Below, one piece after another: positions 47,361 through 56,135 of a DNA stretch of 64,000 bases. Within the stretch, counting starts at the first letter, position 1. Every line of letters starts with the position of its first letter. The notes under the pieces were generated by a model. The model was not told the origin of the DNA. It saw nothing but the letters and a program-made list of their open reading frames with translations, and made no database searches. The position numbers and the translations under genes are program-made. Source of the DNA: Candidatus Hydrogenedentota bacterium (lineage in GTDB: Bacteria > Hydrogenedentota > Hydrogenedentia > Hydrogenedentales > SLHB01); contig BTVY01000007.1 of assembly GCA_045863335.1 (NCBI GenBank), positions 105,932 to 169,931 of the forward strand. The letters are read 5' to 3'.

Positions 47361-47743
47361 CTCTTACGGCGTTTACTCGCGGCGGGTTTGGAATCCGTTT
47401 GTGCGATCCGCCGGAGTTCCGTCAACTCCTGCGGCGTGAGTTTTTCAGTCTTGATGAGTTGGGCGATGAGATCCGTGGTCGAACCACCGGAAAACACATG
47501 CGCCATCTGACGCGCCATCCGCGACATCACGCCTTCGCGCGACTTCTTCGCCTTGTAGTAATAGGCTTTGCCCATCCGGCGCCGGGCCACGAGGTCCTTG
47601 TCCATCAGCACGCGCAACACCGACCGCAGCGTGCCGTTGTCGATGGGCCACGAGAACGCCGCCTCGATCTCCGGCGGCTTCTGCTCACCGTCCTCCCACA
47701 GGATTCGCAAGACTTCGAGTTCGTTCGGATTCAGCGCGTCCAT
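47357..47743 (-). CDS. BlaI/MecI/CopY family repressor
   Basis: LNPNELEVLRILW, TLRSVLRVLMDKDLV, AYYY, VFSGGS...LIAQLI, LTPQELTELRRI. Confidence 0.93.
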   Translation of the reverse strand: MDALNPNELEVLRILWEDGEQKPPEIEAAFSWPIDNGTLRSVLRVLMDKDLVARRRMGKAYYYKAKKSREGVMSRMARQMAHVFSGGSTTDLIAQLIKTEKLTPQELTELRRIAQTDSKPAASKRRKR

Positions 47744-47761
47744 GGTGTCTTTCCCTTTTTA

Positions 47762-47819
47762 TTCTGTGAGTATTTCACAGAACACCGGTGATGTCAAGTT
47801 GCCTGTGAACAATTCACAG
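47762..47819 (-). promoter_or_regulatory. Twin operator CTGTGA-N5-TCACAG around the promoter of the BlaI-like gene
   Basis: TTCTGTGAGTATTTCACAGAA (47762-47782) and CTGTGAACAATTCACAG (47803-47819). Minus-strand TTGACA (47797-47792), 17 nt, AATACT (47774-47769). Confidence 0.8.
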
Positions 47820-47839
47820 TTTGGCGATTGGCGCAACAA

Positions 47840-47867
47840 TGGATTCCCGCTTTCGCGGGAATAACGG
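47840..47867. repeat. ATTCCC-N8-GGGAAT hairpin (dRS3-like REP; possible terminator)
   Basis: TGGATTCCCGCTTTCGCGGGAATAAC: 8-bp stem with a GAAA loop on the minus strand. Confidence 0.65.
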
Positions 47868-47900
47868 GAGACCGGTTATCCATACCGAACTCATTGGTGG

Positions 47901-49142
47901 CTACACGAGCTTTTGCTCCAACCACTCGAAGGCCTTGTCCTGCATGGTCGCGTTGAACTCATGGGGTCCGTCGAAGTACACGGCGGTGTAGTTCTGCGGC
48001 ACGCCCGCCTTCTCGAAAATGCGTTCGAGTTTGGAAGTGGCGGCCCGGGCCGCATCCAGGGGGTAGAGTTGATCCTGTAGGCCATTGATGGTCATGAGGT
48101 GGCCGGGAACGTGAAGGCCGCCCACGTCGGGCCAGTCAAGATCGTTGTAGAGCCCGGGGACGAGTTTGGTGAACCCGATGCCGTTGCGGACGTTGTTGCG
48201 GACCATGGGCTGGTACTCGGCCATCCAGCAGACGGCAACAGACGCGCGCACGCGCGGATGAATGGCGCCGAGGAAGATGGACCGGACGGACCCGAGGCTC
48301 AGTCCGCAACACCCGACGCGTTCGGGGTCGACTTCCGGGCGCGTGAGCAGATAATCCGTCACGCGCTGGTCGTCCCACTCGTTGATGCCGGCCCAGGTCG
48401 TGCCGCAGGCGAGTGCCGTACGGCTCATCAACTCTTCATGGGCCCAGGAACGCGCGTTGAAGGCGGTCACGTCGTCCTGCGTCACCTCGAGTGTGCGATT
48501 CTTGATGCGATCCGGGTCGTCTTCAAAATACATGGCGCGCTCGCCCCAGTGGAGCATGTCGGAGACGATCACCACGAACCCGCGCGTGGCCAGTTCGTCC
48601 GCAATGCTGCGGCCGCTGTAGTACGTTTCCTTGAACGCAGTCAACACCGGATTCTCCGGTTCCACCCCAACGACCTTTTCCTTGCCCCAGTAATAGAACC
48701 CGCCATGATCGTGCGGACACACGATGGCTGGCGCAGGTTTCGGCGCGTTTTTGGGTATCAGTACGTACACGGGTATCCGGATATCCGGCGTGGTGTTGAT
48801 GAGCAGGCGTTCCCGGATGAAGGCTCCGCGGTCGACCGTTTCCACCAATTCGGGATTCGGGTCGCACGGGGCAGGCTGGTAATGAAAATCTGCCAAGAGC
48901 GTGGCTCGCGCATCTTCCGCCCACGCGACAGGATCGGAATAGCGATCCTCCAGAAAGCTCATGGACGGCTTGCAACGGCCCGAAAGCTTCTCGAACAGCG
49001 GCCAATGGCTTCCCAAATCGGGATGGGGATTGGACTGCGTGGCCGGCAACTTCGACGGCGTTGCTGCGTGTACGGTGTCGCGCGCCGCAACGGTGAGGCC
49101 CGTTCCAGCGGCGGACCGAGTGATGAACTCCCGTCTGGTCAT
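47901..49142 (-). CDS. Tat-exported alpha/beta hydrolase (dienelactone hydrolase / acetylxylan esterase-like)
   Basis: MTRREFI; PHDHGGFYYWGKEK, GLSLG nucleophile elbow, DQLYP, GPHEF. Confidence 0.85.
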   Translation of the reverse strand: MTRREFITRSAAGTGLTVAARDTVHAATPSKLPATQSNPHPDLGSHWPLFEKLSGRCKPSMSFLEDRYSDPVAWAEDARATLLADFHYQPAPCDPNPELVETVDRGAFIRERLLINTTPDIRIPVYVLIPKNAPKPAPAIVCPHDHGGFYYWGKEKVVGVEPENPVLTAFKETYYSGRSIADELATRGFVVIVSDMLHWGERAMYFEDDPDRIKNRTLEVTQDDVTAFNARSWAHEELMSRTALACGTTWAGINEWDDQRVTDYLLTRPEVDPERVGCCGLSLGSVRSIFLGAIHPRVRASVAVCWMAEYQPMVRNNVRNGIGFTKLVPGLYNDLDWPDVGGLHVPGHLMTINGLQDQLYPLDAARAATSKLERIFEKAGVPQNYTAVYFDGPHEFNATMQDKAFEWLEQKLV

Positions 49143-49379
49143 GTTTACCTCTCCTCCTCGAATACAGGCCCGTTACGCACCTGTGTGGACGTATGCAGAC
49201 GTGGTCATCACGTCCCGGCAAGTGTACCGCAGGTGCCGGGCGTGCAGCCACGAACGCCGGCGTATCGGCTGGCTCGAAATCGGGGTCCTGGGGTAAGATG
49301 ATGACCGTCAGGTTGTGGGTCTGGAGACCGGAGCGATACGCCGCGCCGCGCGCGGACTCTATCGAGTGGGGAGCGAGCC

Positions 49380-51410
49380 ATGGCATCACCGTCCGACCTC
49401 TACTTGCGGATCTTCGAGAGCTTGCACGATCCGATGATTTTGCTCGACCCGGCCGGAAATGTGGTACACCGGAATCTTGCGGCGACAACGTTGTTTGCCG
49501 AAACGCCGGAAACGAATGACCGGGCCGGAGCGGATGACGCCAACCGGCACCTGCCCTCGTGGCTGGACGAAACCCTGCGAAGCCTGATGTCGGGAATCCG
49601 CAGAATGGCGGACGAGTACAAATCCGTCAAGACCCGCACTGGCACCCGTCATTTCGAGATCGAGCTGGAACGGATCGTGGATGACCGGGGCAACTTGCAG
49701 GGTATGGCAGTCATTCTCCACGACATCACGGAGTTGAAGGAAGCGGAGAACGCGGTTCGGTATCGTAGCGAGTTCGGCCGGATTGTTTCCGAAATCTCGT
49801 CCCGGTTCGTGGGTGTGTTCCTGGAAGAATACGACGCCGTGTTGGAGGAATCCTTGCGCGGCGTCGGACAGTTCCTGGAGGCGGACACGGCCTATGTATT
49901 TCAGTTCACGGATTCCGGGGCTCGACTCTCCATGACCCATCTGTGGGATTCGGGCGAGTTCGACGGCCCGATGGAGCGCATATCCGACCTGGATGCTGCC
50001 GCGCTGCCATGGTGGCTTGAACGGCTGCAGCACGCGGAAGTTGTGGCTCTTTCATCGCTTGCCGAGTTGCCGGCTGAGGCCGCGGCGGAGCGTGCTCTGC
50101 TGGAATCGCAGGGGGTCCATTCTCTCGTTCACGTCCCCCTGCACTACAAAGGCGAGGTGCTGGGATTCATGGGCCTGGGCTCGGAGGTCCAGGGGCGAAC
50201 GTGGACGCAGGACGAAATCAATTTGCTCAAGATCGTAGCCCAGGTCTTTACCAACGCGCTGCAACACAAGCGCGCGGAGGAAACGCTGGGATACGAGCGA
50301 AACCTGCTTCGCACCGTGGTCGACAACCTGCCGGATTACATCTACGCGAAGGATGCCAGCAGCCGCTTTGTCTTGAACAATCGCGCACACACTCGCTTGC
50401 TGCGCGCGAACGCGCCCGAAGAGGTCTTCGGCAAGACGGACTACGACATCTTTCCGCGAGGCTTGGCAGACCAGTACTTTGCGGATGAGCAACAGGTGAT
50501 TGAATCGGGACAAGCCCTGGTCAATCGCGAGGAGTCCGTGCTCACGGAGGACGGCACGCCCCGCTGGTTGTTGACTACCAAAGTACCTTGGTTTGACAAG
50601 GAGGGAAAGCCCCAAGGCATTGTCGGAATGAGCCGGGATATTACGCAGCGCAAGGAGCTGGCCCAGGCGCTGGAGTCGCACGCCCAGCTGTTGGAGCAGG
50701 CCAACGAGGAATTGCGGCTGCGCAATCAGGAACTGGACGAATTCACCTATATTGCCAGTCATGACTTGCAGGAACCCCTGCGTAAGCTCATCGCGTTCAG
50801 CGACGTGCTCCAGGAAGACATGAAGGCCGGCGACCAGAAGGAAGTAGTGCGCGACTTGGGAATCATCGCCTCCGCCGCGCAACGGATGCAGACTCTCGTC
50901 AAGGACTTGCTGGCCCTGTCGCGGTCGGGAAGGCAGAGCATGTCTTGGGAGTCAGTCGACCTGGCGGAATGCGTGGCTCTCGTGCTGGATACCCTGGAAG
51001 TCCGCATTCGCGACGAACGGGCCGTCGTCGAGCAGGACTGCCTTCCGACGGTGATGGGTGATCGCACGCTCCTGGCCCAGTTGTATCAGAATCTGATAGG
51101 CAATGCGTTGAAGTTCCACGGTGATAAGAGTCCGGTCATCCGGTTGACTGCGGAAGAGACACCGGACGGGTGGCTATTGGGGGTATCCGATAACGGCATC
51201 GGGATCAAGAAAGAATACGCCGAGCAGATTTTTGCGCCCTTCAAACGGCTCCACGGAAGGAGCGAATATGAGGGTACTGGCATTGGCCTCGCCATCTGCC
51301 GTAAGATTGTGGAACGGCATGGTGGTAAGATTTGGGTTGAATCGGCACCCGGAGAGGGGGCCCGGTTCAAGTTTACCCTGGACACGGAGGAGGGAGCGGC
51401 AGGCAGATGA
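49380..51410 (+). CDS. PAS-GAF-PAS sensor histidine kinase
   Basis: H-box FTYIASHDLQEPLRK; QNLIGNALKF, DNGIGI, FKRLH, GTGIGLAICRKIVERHGG. Confidence 0.95.
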   Translation: MASPSDLYLRIFESLHDPMILLDPAGNVVHRNLAATTLFAETPETNDRAGADDANRHLPSWLDETLRSLMSGIRRMADEYKSVKTRTGTRHFEIELERIVDDRGNLQGMAVILHDITELKEAENAVRYRSEFGRIVSEISSRFVGVFLEEYDAVLEESLRGVGQFLEADTAYVFQFTDSGARLSMTHLWDSGEFDGPMERISDLDAAALPWWLERLQHAEVVALSSLAELPAEAAAERALLESQGVHSLVHVPLHYKGEVLGFMGLGSEVQGRTWTQDEINLLKIVAQVFTNALQHKRAEETLGYERNLLRTVVDNLPDYIYAKDASSRFVLNNRAHTRLLRANAPEEVFGKTDYDIFPRGLADQYFADEQQVIESGQALVNREESVLTEDGTPRWLLTTKVPWFDKEGKPQGIVGMSRDITQRKELAQALESHAQLLEQANEELRLRNQELDEFTYIASHDLQEPLRKLIAFSDVLQEDMKAGDQKEVVRDLGIIASAAQRMQTLVKDLLALSRSGRQSMSWESVDLAECVALVLDTLEVRIRDERAVVEQDCLPTVMGDRTLLAQLYQNLIGNALKFHGDKSPVIRLTAEETPDGWLLGVSDNGIGIKKEYAEQIFAPFKRLHGRSEYEGTGIGLAICRKIVERHGGKIWVESAPGEGARFKFTLDTEEGAAGR

Positions 51411-51856
51411 CTGCGCAAAGGATGAAACCGGCGGTCATTCTGCTCGTGGAAGACGATCCGGATGACCAGGAGTTGACCAAGCGGGCGCTTCGGAGCAGCA
51501 AACTCCTGAATACCCTCAAGATTGTCAGCGACGGCGAGGAAGCGCTGGACTACCTGTATCAGCGCGGCAATTACGCGAACCCCGACGAGGCCCCGCGCCC
51601 GGAGCTGATCCTGCTTGATTTGAACATGCCCAAGCTCGATGGGCGGGCCGTGCTGACTCGAATCAAGGAAGATGAGAACCTGCGCAGCATTCCGGTGGTT
51701 ATTTTGACCACGTCATCGCGGGAAGAAGACGTGGCGCGGAGTTATCATCTGGGTGTGAATTCGTACATCACGAAGCCCGTTCGCATGGAAGGATTCATCC
51801 GGGCCATTCAGGATCTGGAGCATTACTGGTTCGACCTGGTGGTACTGCCGTCCTGA
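51407..51856 (+). CDS. Single-domain response regulator (Rcp1-like)
   Basis: LLVEDDPDD, ILLDLNMPKLDG, LTTS, NSYITKP, HYW. ATGA overlap with the kinase. Confidence 0.95.
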   Translation: MTAQRMKPAVILLVEDDPDDQELTKRALRSSKLLNTLKIVSDGEEALDYLYQRGNYANPDEAPRPELILLDLNMPKLDGRAVLTRIKEDENLRSIPVVILTTSSREEDVARSYHLGVNSYITKPVRMEGFIRAIQDLEHYWFDLVVLPS

Positions 51857-53028
51857 GCCGCTTGCGGCTCCACCGGCAGCGAGAAGAAAAACGTCGAACC
51901 GCCTTCTCCACGGGAATCCACCCAGATATGACCGCCGTGATACTCCACGATTTTGCGGCACAGGGCCAAGCCGATCCCCACGCCCCGAGCTGCCTGACCG
52001 TGACTGCCGCGCGCGAACATGAGGAAGATCTCGTCTGCGTCCTCTTCAGAAACACCCAAACCGTTGTCGTGGATTTCGCAAAACCACTGGTCGCCCTTGC
52101 GGGAAGCGCTGATTTCGACGCTGGGCGGACTGTCCGAGTGGTACTTCAGCGCGTTATCGACCAGGTTTTCGAACACGCCGCGCATCAGTCGCGGGTCGCC
52201 TTTGACGATGGGAAGTTCACCGACTGTCACACGGGCGCCTGCGCGCTGAATGCGATACTCGAGCGCGGCGCATACTTCCCGGGCGATTTGGGCCAAATCG
52301 ATATCGCTGAACGGCTGCCGCTGCCGCCGGGTCAAGGAATAGTCCAGGACCAGTTGGACGAGCATCTCCATGTTGCGCACTTCAAGGAAAACACAGTCCA
52401 TGGAACTGGTCAACGAATCCAACATCTTCTGCGGGTCGGCGCCCATCAATTCCGGCTCGATAATGCGGACGTGCTCGGCCAACATCCGTAATGGCTGCTG
52501 CAAGTCCCGCGCGACGATCTCCGCGAACTGTTCGAGTTCGAGATTGCTTCGATGGAGTTCCGCCGTGCGTTCCCGCACGCGGCTTTCCAGTTCTTCGTTG
52601 GCTTCACGCAAGGCCGCGCGAACGCGGTGGTTCTCGATGGCATAGCGGATCGAACGTTCGATCAGCGCCGGGGTCAGGTGAGACTTCTCAATGTAGTCGA
52701 AAGCGCCCAACTCCATCGCCTGCATGTCGACTTCGACATTGCCATGCCCGGTGAGCAGGATGACGGGCCGCTGGTATCCGCGGCTTCGCATCTCGCGGAG
52801 CAACTCGATCCCGGTGTGTTCGCCGAGTTGATAGTCCAACAGGCAGATCTCGTGGACGTCCTCCGCCACCGTTTCGAGCGCCTTTTCAAAGGTGGACACC
52901 CAATCAACGGAGTAGGTCGCCGTGACGGCCCGGCGGAGGTATTTGTCAACGACGATGTATTCGTCTTCGTCGTCGTCGACCACCAGGACCCGTATGGTTT
53001 GCGACTTCATGGATTCACTCCTAGTCAT
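51823..53028 (-). CDS. Hybrid REC-HisKA-HATPase protein with a degenerate H-box (pseudo-kinase candidate)
   Basis: REC: VVDDDED, LLDYQL, LTG, YIEK. H-box position reads FAEIVARDLQQPLR. N, G1 and G2 boxes intact. Start is 53028 or 53010. Confidence 0.88.
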   Translation of the reverse strand: MTRSESMKSQTIRVLVVDDDEDEYIVVDKYLRRAVTATYSVDWVSTFEKALETVAEDVHEICLLDYQLGEHTGIELLREMRSRGYQRPVILLTGHGNVEVDMQAMELGAFDYIEKSHLTPALIERSIRYAIENHRVRAALREANEELESRVRERTAELHRSNLELEQFAEIVARDLQQPLRMLAEHVRIIEPELMGADPQKMLDSLTSSMDCVFLEVRNMEMLVQLVLDYSLTRRQRQPFSDIDLAQIAREVCAALEYRIQRAGARVTVGELPIVKGDPRLMRGVFENLVDNALKYHSDSPPSVEISASRKGDQWFCEIHDNGLGVSEEDADEIFLMFARGSHGQAARGVGIGLALCRKIVEYHGGHIWVDSRGEGGSTFFFSLPVEPQAAQDGSTTRSNQ

Positions 53029-53075
53029 CAGTATATCAGAGCCTACCAGCACTCATGGGCGCAAATGGGTGCGCG

Positions 53076-53807
53076 TCATTTTCCGCGCTCCAGACGCCGC
53101 GCAAGCTGGGGCGGCAACCCAGCCTCGATTACGCTGCGGGCCGTCACGGCGATGTTGTACTCGACACGGCAGAACTCAAAAATGCGCTTCTCCGTTTCGT
53201 AAATTCCGAAGGCGGCGCGGGGATCGTGGTCCCGGGGTTGGCCGACGGAGCCGGGGTTGATGAAATACCGGTTATTGGAATTCAAGGTGAAACAGTTGGA
53301 CTGGGTGGACTGGGGTCCGCTGCCGCGTTCGCCGAAGAGCGCCGCCCGATGGCTGTGGCCGAAGAAACACACGCGTGCGTTGGCCCGCATGAGGTATTCG
53401 ACGTACCGCATGGCGTCCAGCCAGTCGAGAATGTAGTCGTCGCGGTTACCGGGCGCGCCGTGAACCGCCAGCGTGTCCTCATCGATGCTAATCTCGCGGG
53501 GTATCGCCCGGAGCCAATCGCGGTGTTCGGGCCGCAACTGCGCCGCTTGCCAGTGAATGACCGCTTGGGCGTTCTCATTGAAGAACCAGGGTTCTTCCAG
53601 ACCGCACACGGCGGCGTCGTGATTGCCCATCAACGTAGGTATGTTTCGTTCGCGAACCATGTCGATGACTTCATTCGGGTTCGCGTAATATCCGGTGACG
53701 TCGCCGAGGCACACAACGCGCTCCGGCCGGATTTCGTCGAGTTTACGAAAAACGGCTTTCGTCGCTTCAAGGTTGGCGTGGAGATCGGCGATAATTCCTA
53801 CTAACAT
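53076..53807 (-). CDS. Metallophosphoesterase, paralogue of 673..1398
   Basis: ADLHAN, GDVTGY, GNHD, HGAP, GHSH, NPGSVGQPRD. Confidence 0.9.
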   Translation of the reverse strand: MLVGIIADLHANLEATKAVFRKLDEIRPERVVCLGDVTGYYANPNEVIDMVRERNIPTLMGNHDAAVCGLEEPWFFNENAQAVIHWQAAQLRPEHRDWLRAIPREISIDEDTLAVHGAPGNRDDYILDWLDAMRYVEYLMRANARVCFFGHSHRAALFGERGSGPQSTQSNCFTLNSNNRYFINPGSVGQPRDHDPRAAFGIYETEKRIFEFCRVEYNIAVTARSVIEAGLPPQLARRLERGK

Positions 53808-54002
53808 GGGTCCCCTGACATGGCCGCGACCGCGATCCAATGCTCCATTCGCGCATCTGGAACGAGGAGCGCGATTCCGGCTCTGCTCTCCCGCAGCACA
53901 TTACGATATTATGTGAAGTCCGGGTATCAAATAAAGCCCGAATCCAAGCGGAGGGGTTAGGCAAACCGGATGCGAGAGCGACTTCTTAGGCAGGGACGAC
54001 CT

Positions 54003-55205
54003 ATGCGTGCGAAATTGTGCGGACCGGGCATCCTCGTGGCGCTGTTCCACGGTGTCGTTTTGGCGGGCGAACCAGAACTCTCCTTCGAAAAAACCGTCGT
54101 GGACGACACGTTCCAACAGGGATACCAGGTCAGTCTTGCGGACATAGACGGCGACTCGCGGCGGGACATTGTCGCACTGGCCACAACGCCCACGCGCCTG
54201 GCCTGGTACCGGAATCCCGACTGGACGCGCTTCGAAATCCTCAGCAGCAGCGAGCGCAACATCGACGTGGCGCCCTACGACATCGACGGGGATGGCGACA
54301 CCGATCTAGCCCTGGCTTGCGAATTCAGCCTGGGCGATTCGCTGCGCGGCGGGCTGGTCCGCTGGCTGGAGTGTCCGGAAAACCCCAGCAAACAGACGGA
54401 GTGGATGGCGCACGATATCGACCGTGTGCCGACCGCGCACCGGATTCGATGGGCCGATGTTACGGGGGACGGTGCGTTAGATTTGGTCAACCTGCCCATC
54501 ATCGGCATTGGCGCCTCCCCGCCGGAGTACCAGGTCGGCGTGCAGTTCAAAGCCTACGAGATTCCCAACTATCCAGCGGCGGACGTCTGGCCGGCACATG
54601 TCATCGACGATGGCCTGCACATGGCGCATGGAATCGCGATTGTCGACTGGGACGATTCCCCGTCCGCGGAATTGCTGACGGCCAGCTTCGAGGGCGTTCA
54701 GTTGTTCCGGCGCAGCGCGCCCGATCGCGGCTGGGAGAGCCGGCGTCTTGGCTCCGGCAAACGCGGAGTGCGGCCCGGGCAGGGGTCGAGCGAAGTCGGT
54801 ATGGGAAGACTCGGCGCAAACGGTTCCCGTTACATTGCCGCCATCGAGCCTTGGCACGGGAACGAAGTGGTCGTGTACACGCCCCCGGAAACCGGCGATG
54901 GACTTTGGACGCGTTCGGTGATTGACGACAGTCTGGACGATGGACACGCCCTGGCTTGCGCGGACTTCAACGGAGACGACATTGACGAGATTGTCGCGGG
55001 CTATCGCGGGGCGGAGCATAACCTCTATCTCTATTTCTTCGATACCGATGCCGGTCGGTGGAACCGCGTTACCATCGATGACGGCGGCATGGGCGCCGCG
55101 GGCGTCGTAGTTGCCGACCTGGACGGCAACGACAGACCGGACATCGTTGCGATCGGCACCGCTACGAACAACATCGTTCTGTACACCAACACGTCTGGAG
55201 GATAA
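54003..55205 (+). CDS. Secreted FG-GAP/VCBS beta-propeller protein (aldos-2-ulose dehydratase-like motifs)
   Basis: Signal peptide; repeated DIDGDG/DFNGD/DLDGN motifs; HRIRWAD, IEPWHGNEVVVY, GHALACAD. Confidence 0.8.
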   Translation: MRAKLCGPGILVALFHGVVLAGEPELSFEKTVVDDTFQQGYQVSLADIDGDSRRDIVALATTPTRLAWYRNPDWTRFEILSSSERNIDVAPYDIDGDGDTDLALACEFSLGDSLRGGLVRWLECPENPSKQTEWMAHDIDRVPTAHRIRWADVTGDGALDLVNLPIIGIGASPPEYQVGVQFKAYEIPNYPAADVWPAHVIDDGLHMAHGIAIVDWDDSPSAELLTASFEGVQLFRRSAPDRGWESRRLGSGKRGVRPGQGSSEVGMGRLGANGSRYIAAIEPWHGNEVVVYTPPETGDGLWTRSVIDDSLDDGHALACADFNGDDIDEIVAGYRGAEHNLYLYFFDTDAGRWNRVTIDDGGMGAAGVVVADLDGNDRPDIVAIGTATNNIVLYTNTSGG

Positions 55206-55212
55206 GCGCATC

Positions 55213-55953
55213 GTGGACGCATTCGATCGCGGCGCACGGTACTACGAGCTTTTCGCGAACGCGGCAGGACGCCTGGACCGCGAGGGTCCATATCTTATAG
55301 ACCTGCTGGATCGCACTCCCGGGAAACGCGTCGCGGATCTGGCCTGCGGTACCGGTATGCACGCACTGTTCCTCGCCGAGCATGGCGCGGAGGTGGACGC
55401 GTTTGACCTGCAGGCGGGCATGGTTGCGCAGGCGCAACGGGAAAGGCCTCACGCCAGGGTTCGGTACGCGGTTCACGACATGCGGGAGCCGCTGCAAGGG
55501 ACCTACAATCTCGTCCTGTGTCTCGGGAACTCGCTGACGCTTACGGGCGACTCGGCGAGTGTTCGTCGGACGCTGGCGAACGCGCATTCGGCCTTGGCAG
55601 AAGGCGGCCTCTTCGTGGCGCAGGTGTTGAACTATGGCTTACCGGCGAATCAGAAACCTCGCACGCGAGTCGAGGAACGAAGCATTGACGGCAATAACGT
55701 GGTCGCCGTTAAATGCCTCGCGCCGCGCGAAGCGAAGACCTATCTGACCTTGACGTATTTCATACACTCGGAAGACGGCGTTGAGACCGTGTCCGAGGCT
55801 GCCGTGCAGCTTCATGTCGATCGCGCAATCCTATCCGAAGCAGCACAGGAAGCCGGGTTCTCGGAAATCGAGTTCTTTGGCGGATACGCGCGCCAAGCCT
55901 TCGATCCCGGCACGTCGAGCGACTTGATCGTCGTGGCTCGGCGCGCCGCATGA
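55213..55953 (+). CDS. Class I SAM-dependent methyltransferase
   Basis: ADLACGTGMH, DMR and LCLGNSL motifs. GTG start at 55213 is tentative. Confidence 0.85.
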   Translation: MDAFDRGARYYELFANAAGRLDREGPYLIDLLDRTPGKRVADLACGTGMHALFLAEHGAEVDAFDLQAGMVAQAQRERPHARVRYAVHDMREPLQGTYNLVLCLGNSLTLTGDSASVRRTLANAHSALAEGGLFVAQVLNYGLPANQKPRTRVEERSIDGNNVVAVKCLAPREAKTYLTLTYFIHSEDGVETVSEAAVQLHVDRAILSEAAQEAGFSEIEFFGGYARQAFDPGTSSDLIVVARRAA

Positions 55954-56016
55954 TTGCTTCAGGAGCGCCTCGGTAAGAACGACACCCGCAAGCCGTTTTG
56001 TGTCACTAGCGGCAAA

Positions 56017-56094
56017 TTCAAATCGCTATCGGTATCGGAAGCACTTCGCACTTCTCGCTTCGATACCGATCCCGATCCCGATCCCGATCCCGAC
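56017..56094. repeat. Inverted 6-nt-period array (ATCGNN)n / (NNCGAT)n
   Basis: ATCGCT ATCGGT ATCGGA ... TTCGAT ACCGAT CCCGAT CCCGAT CCCGAT CCCGAC, between convergent genes. Confidence 0.85.
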
Positions 56095-56135
56095 TAACTT
56101 CCTTACCCCTGGGATCCATCAGATTCCGGAGAAAC

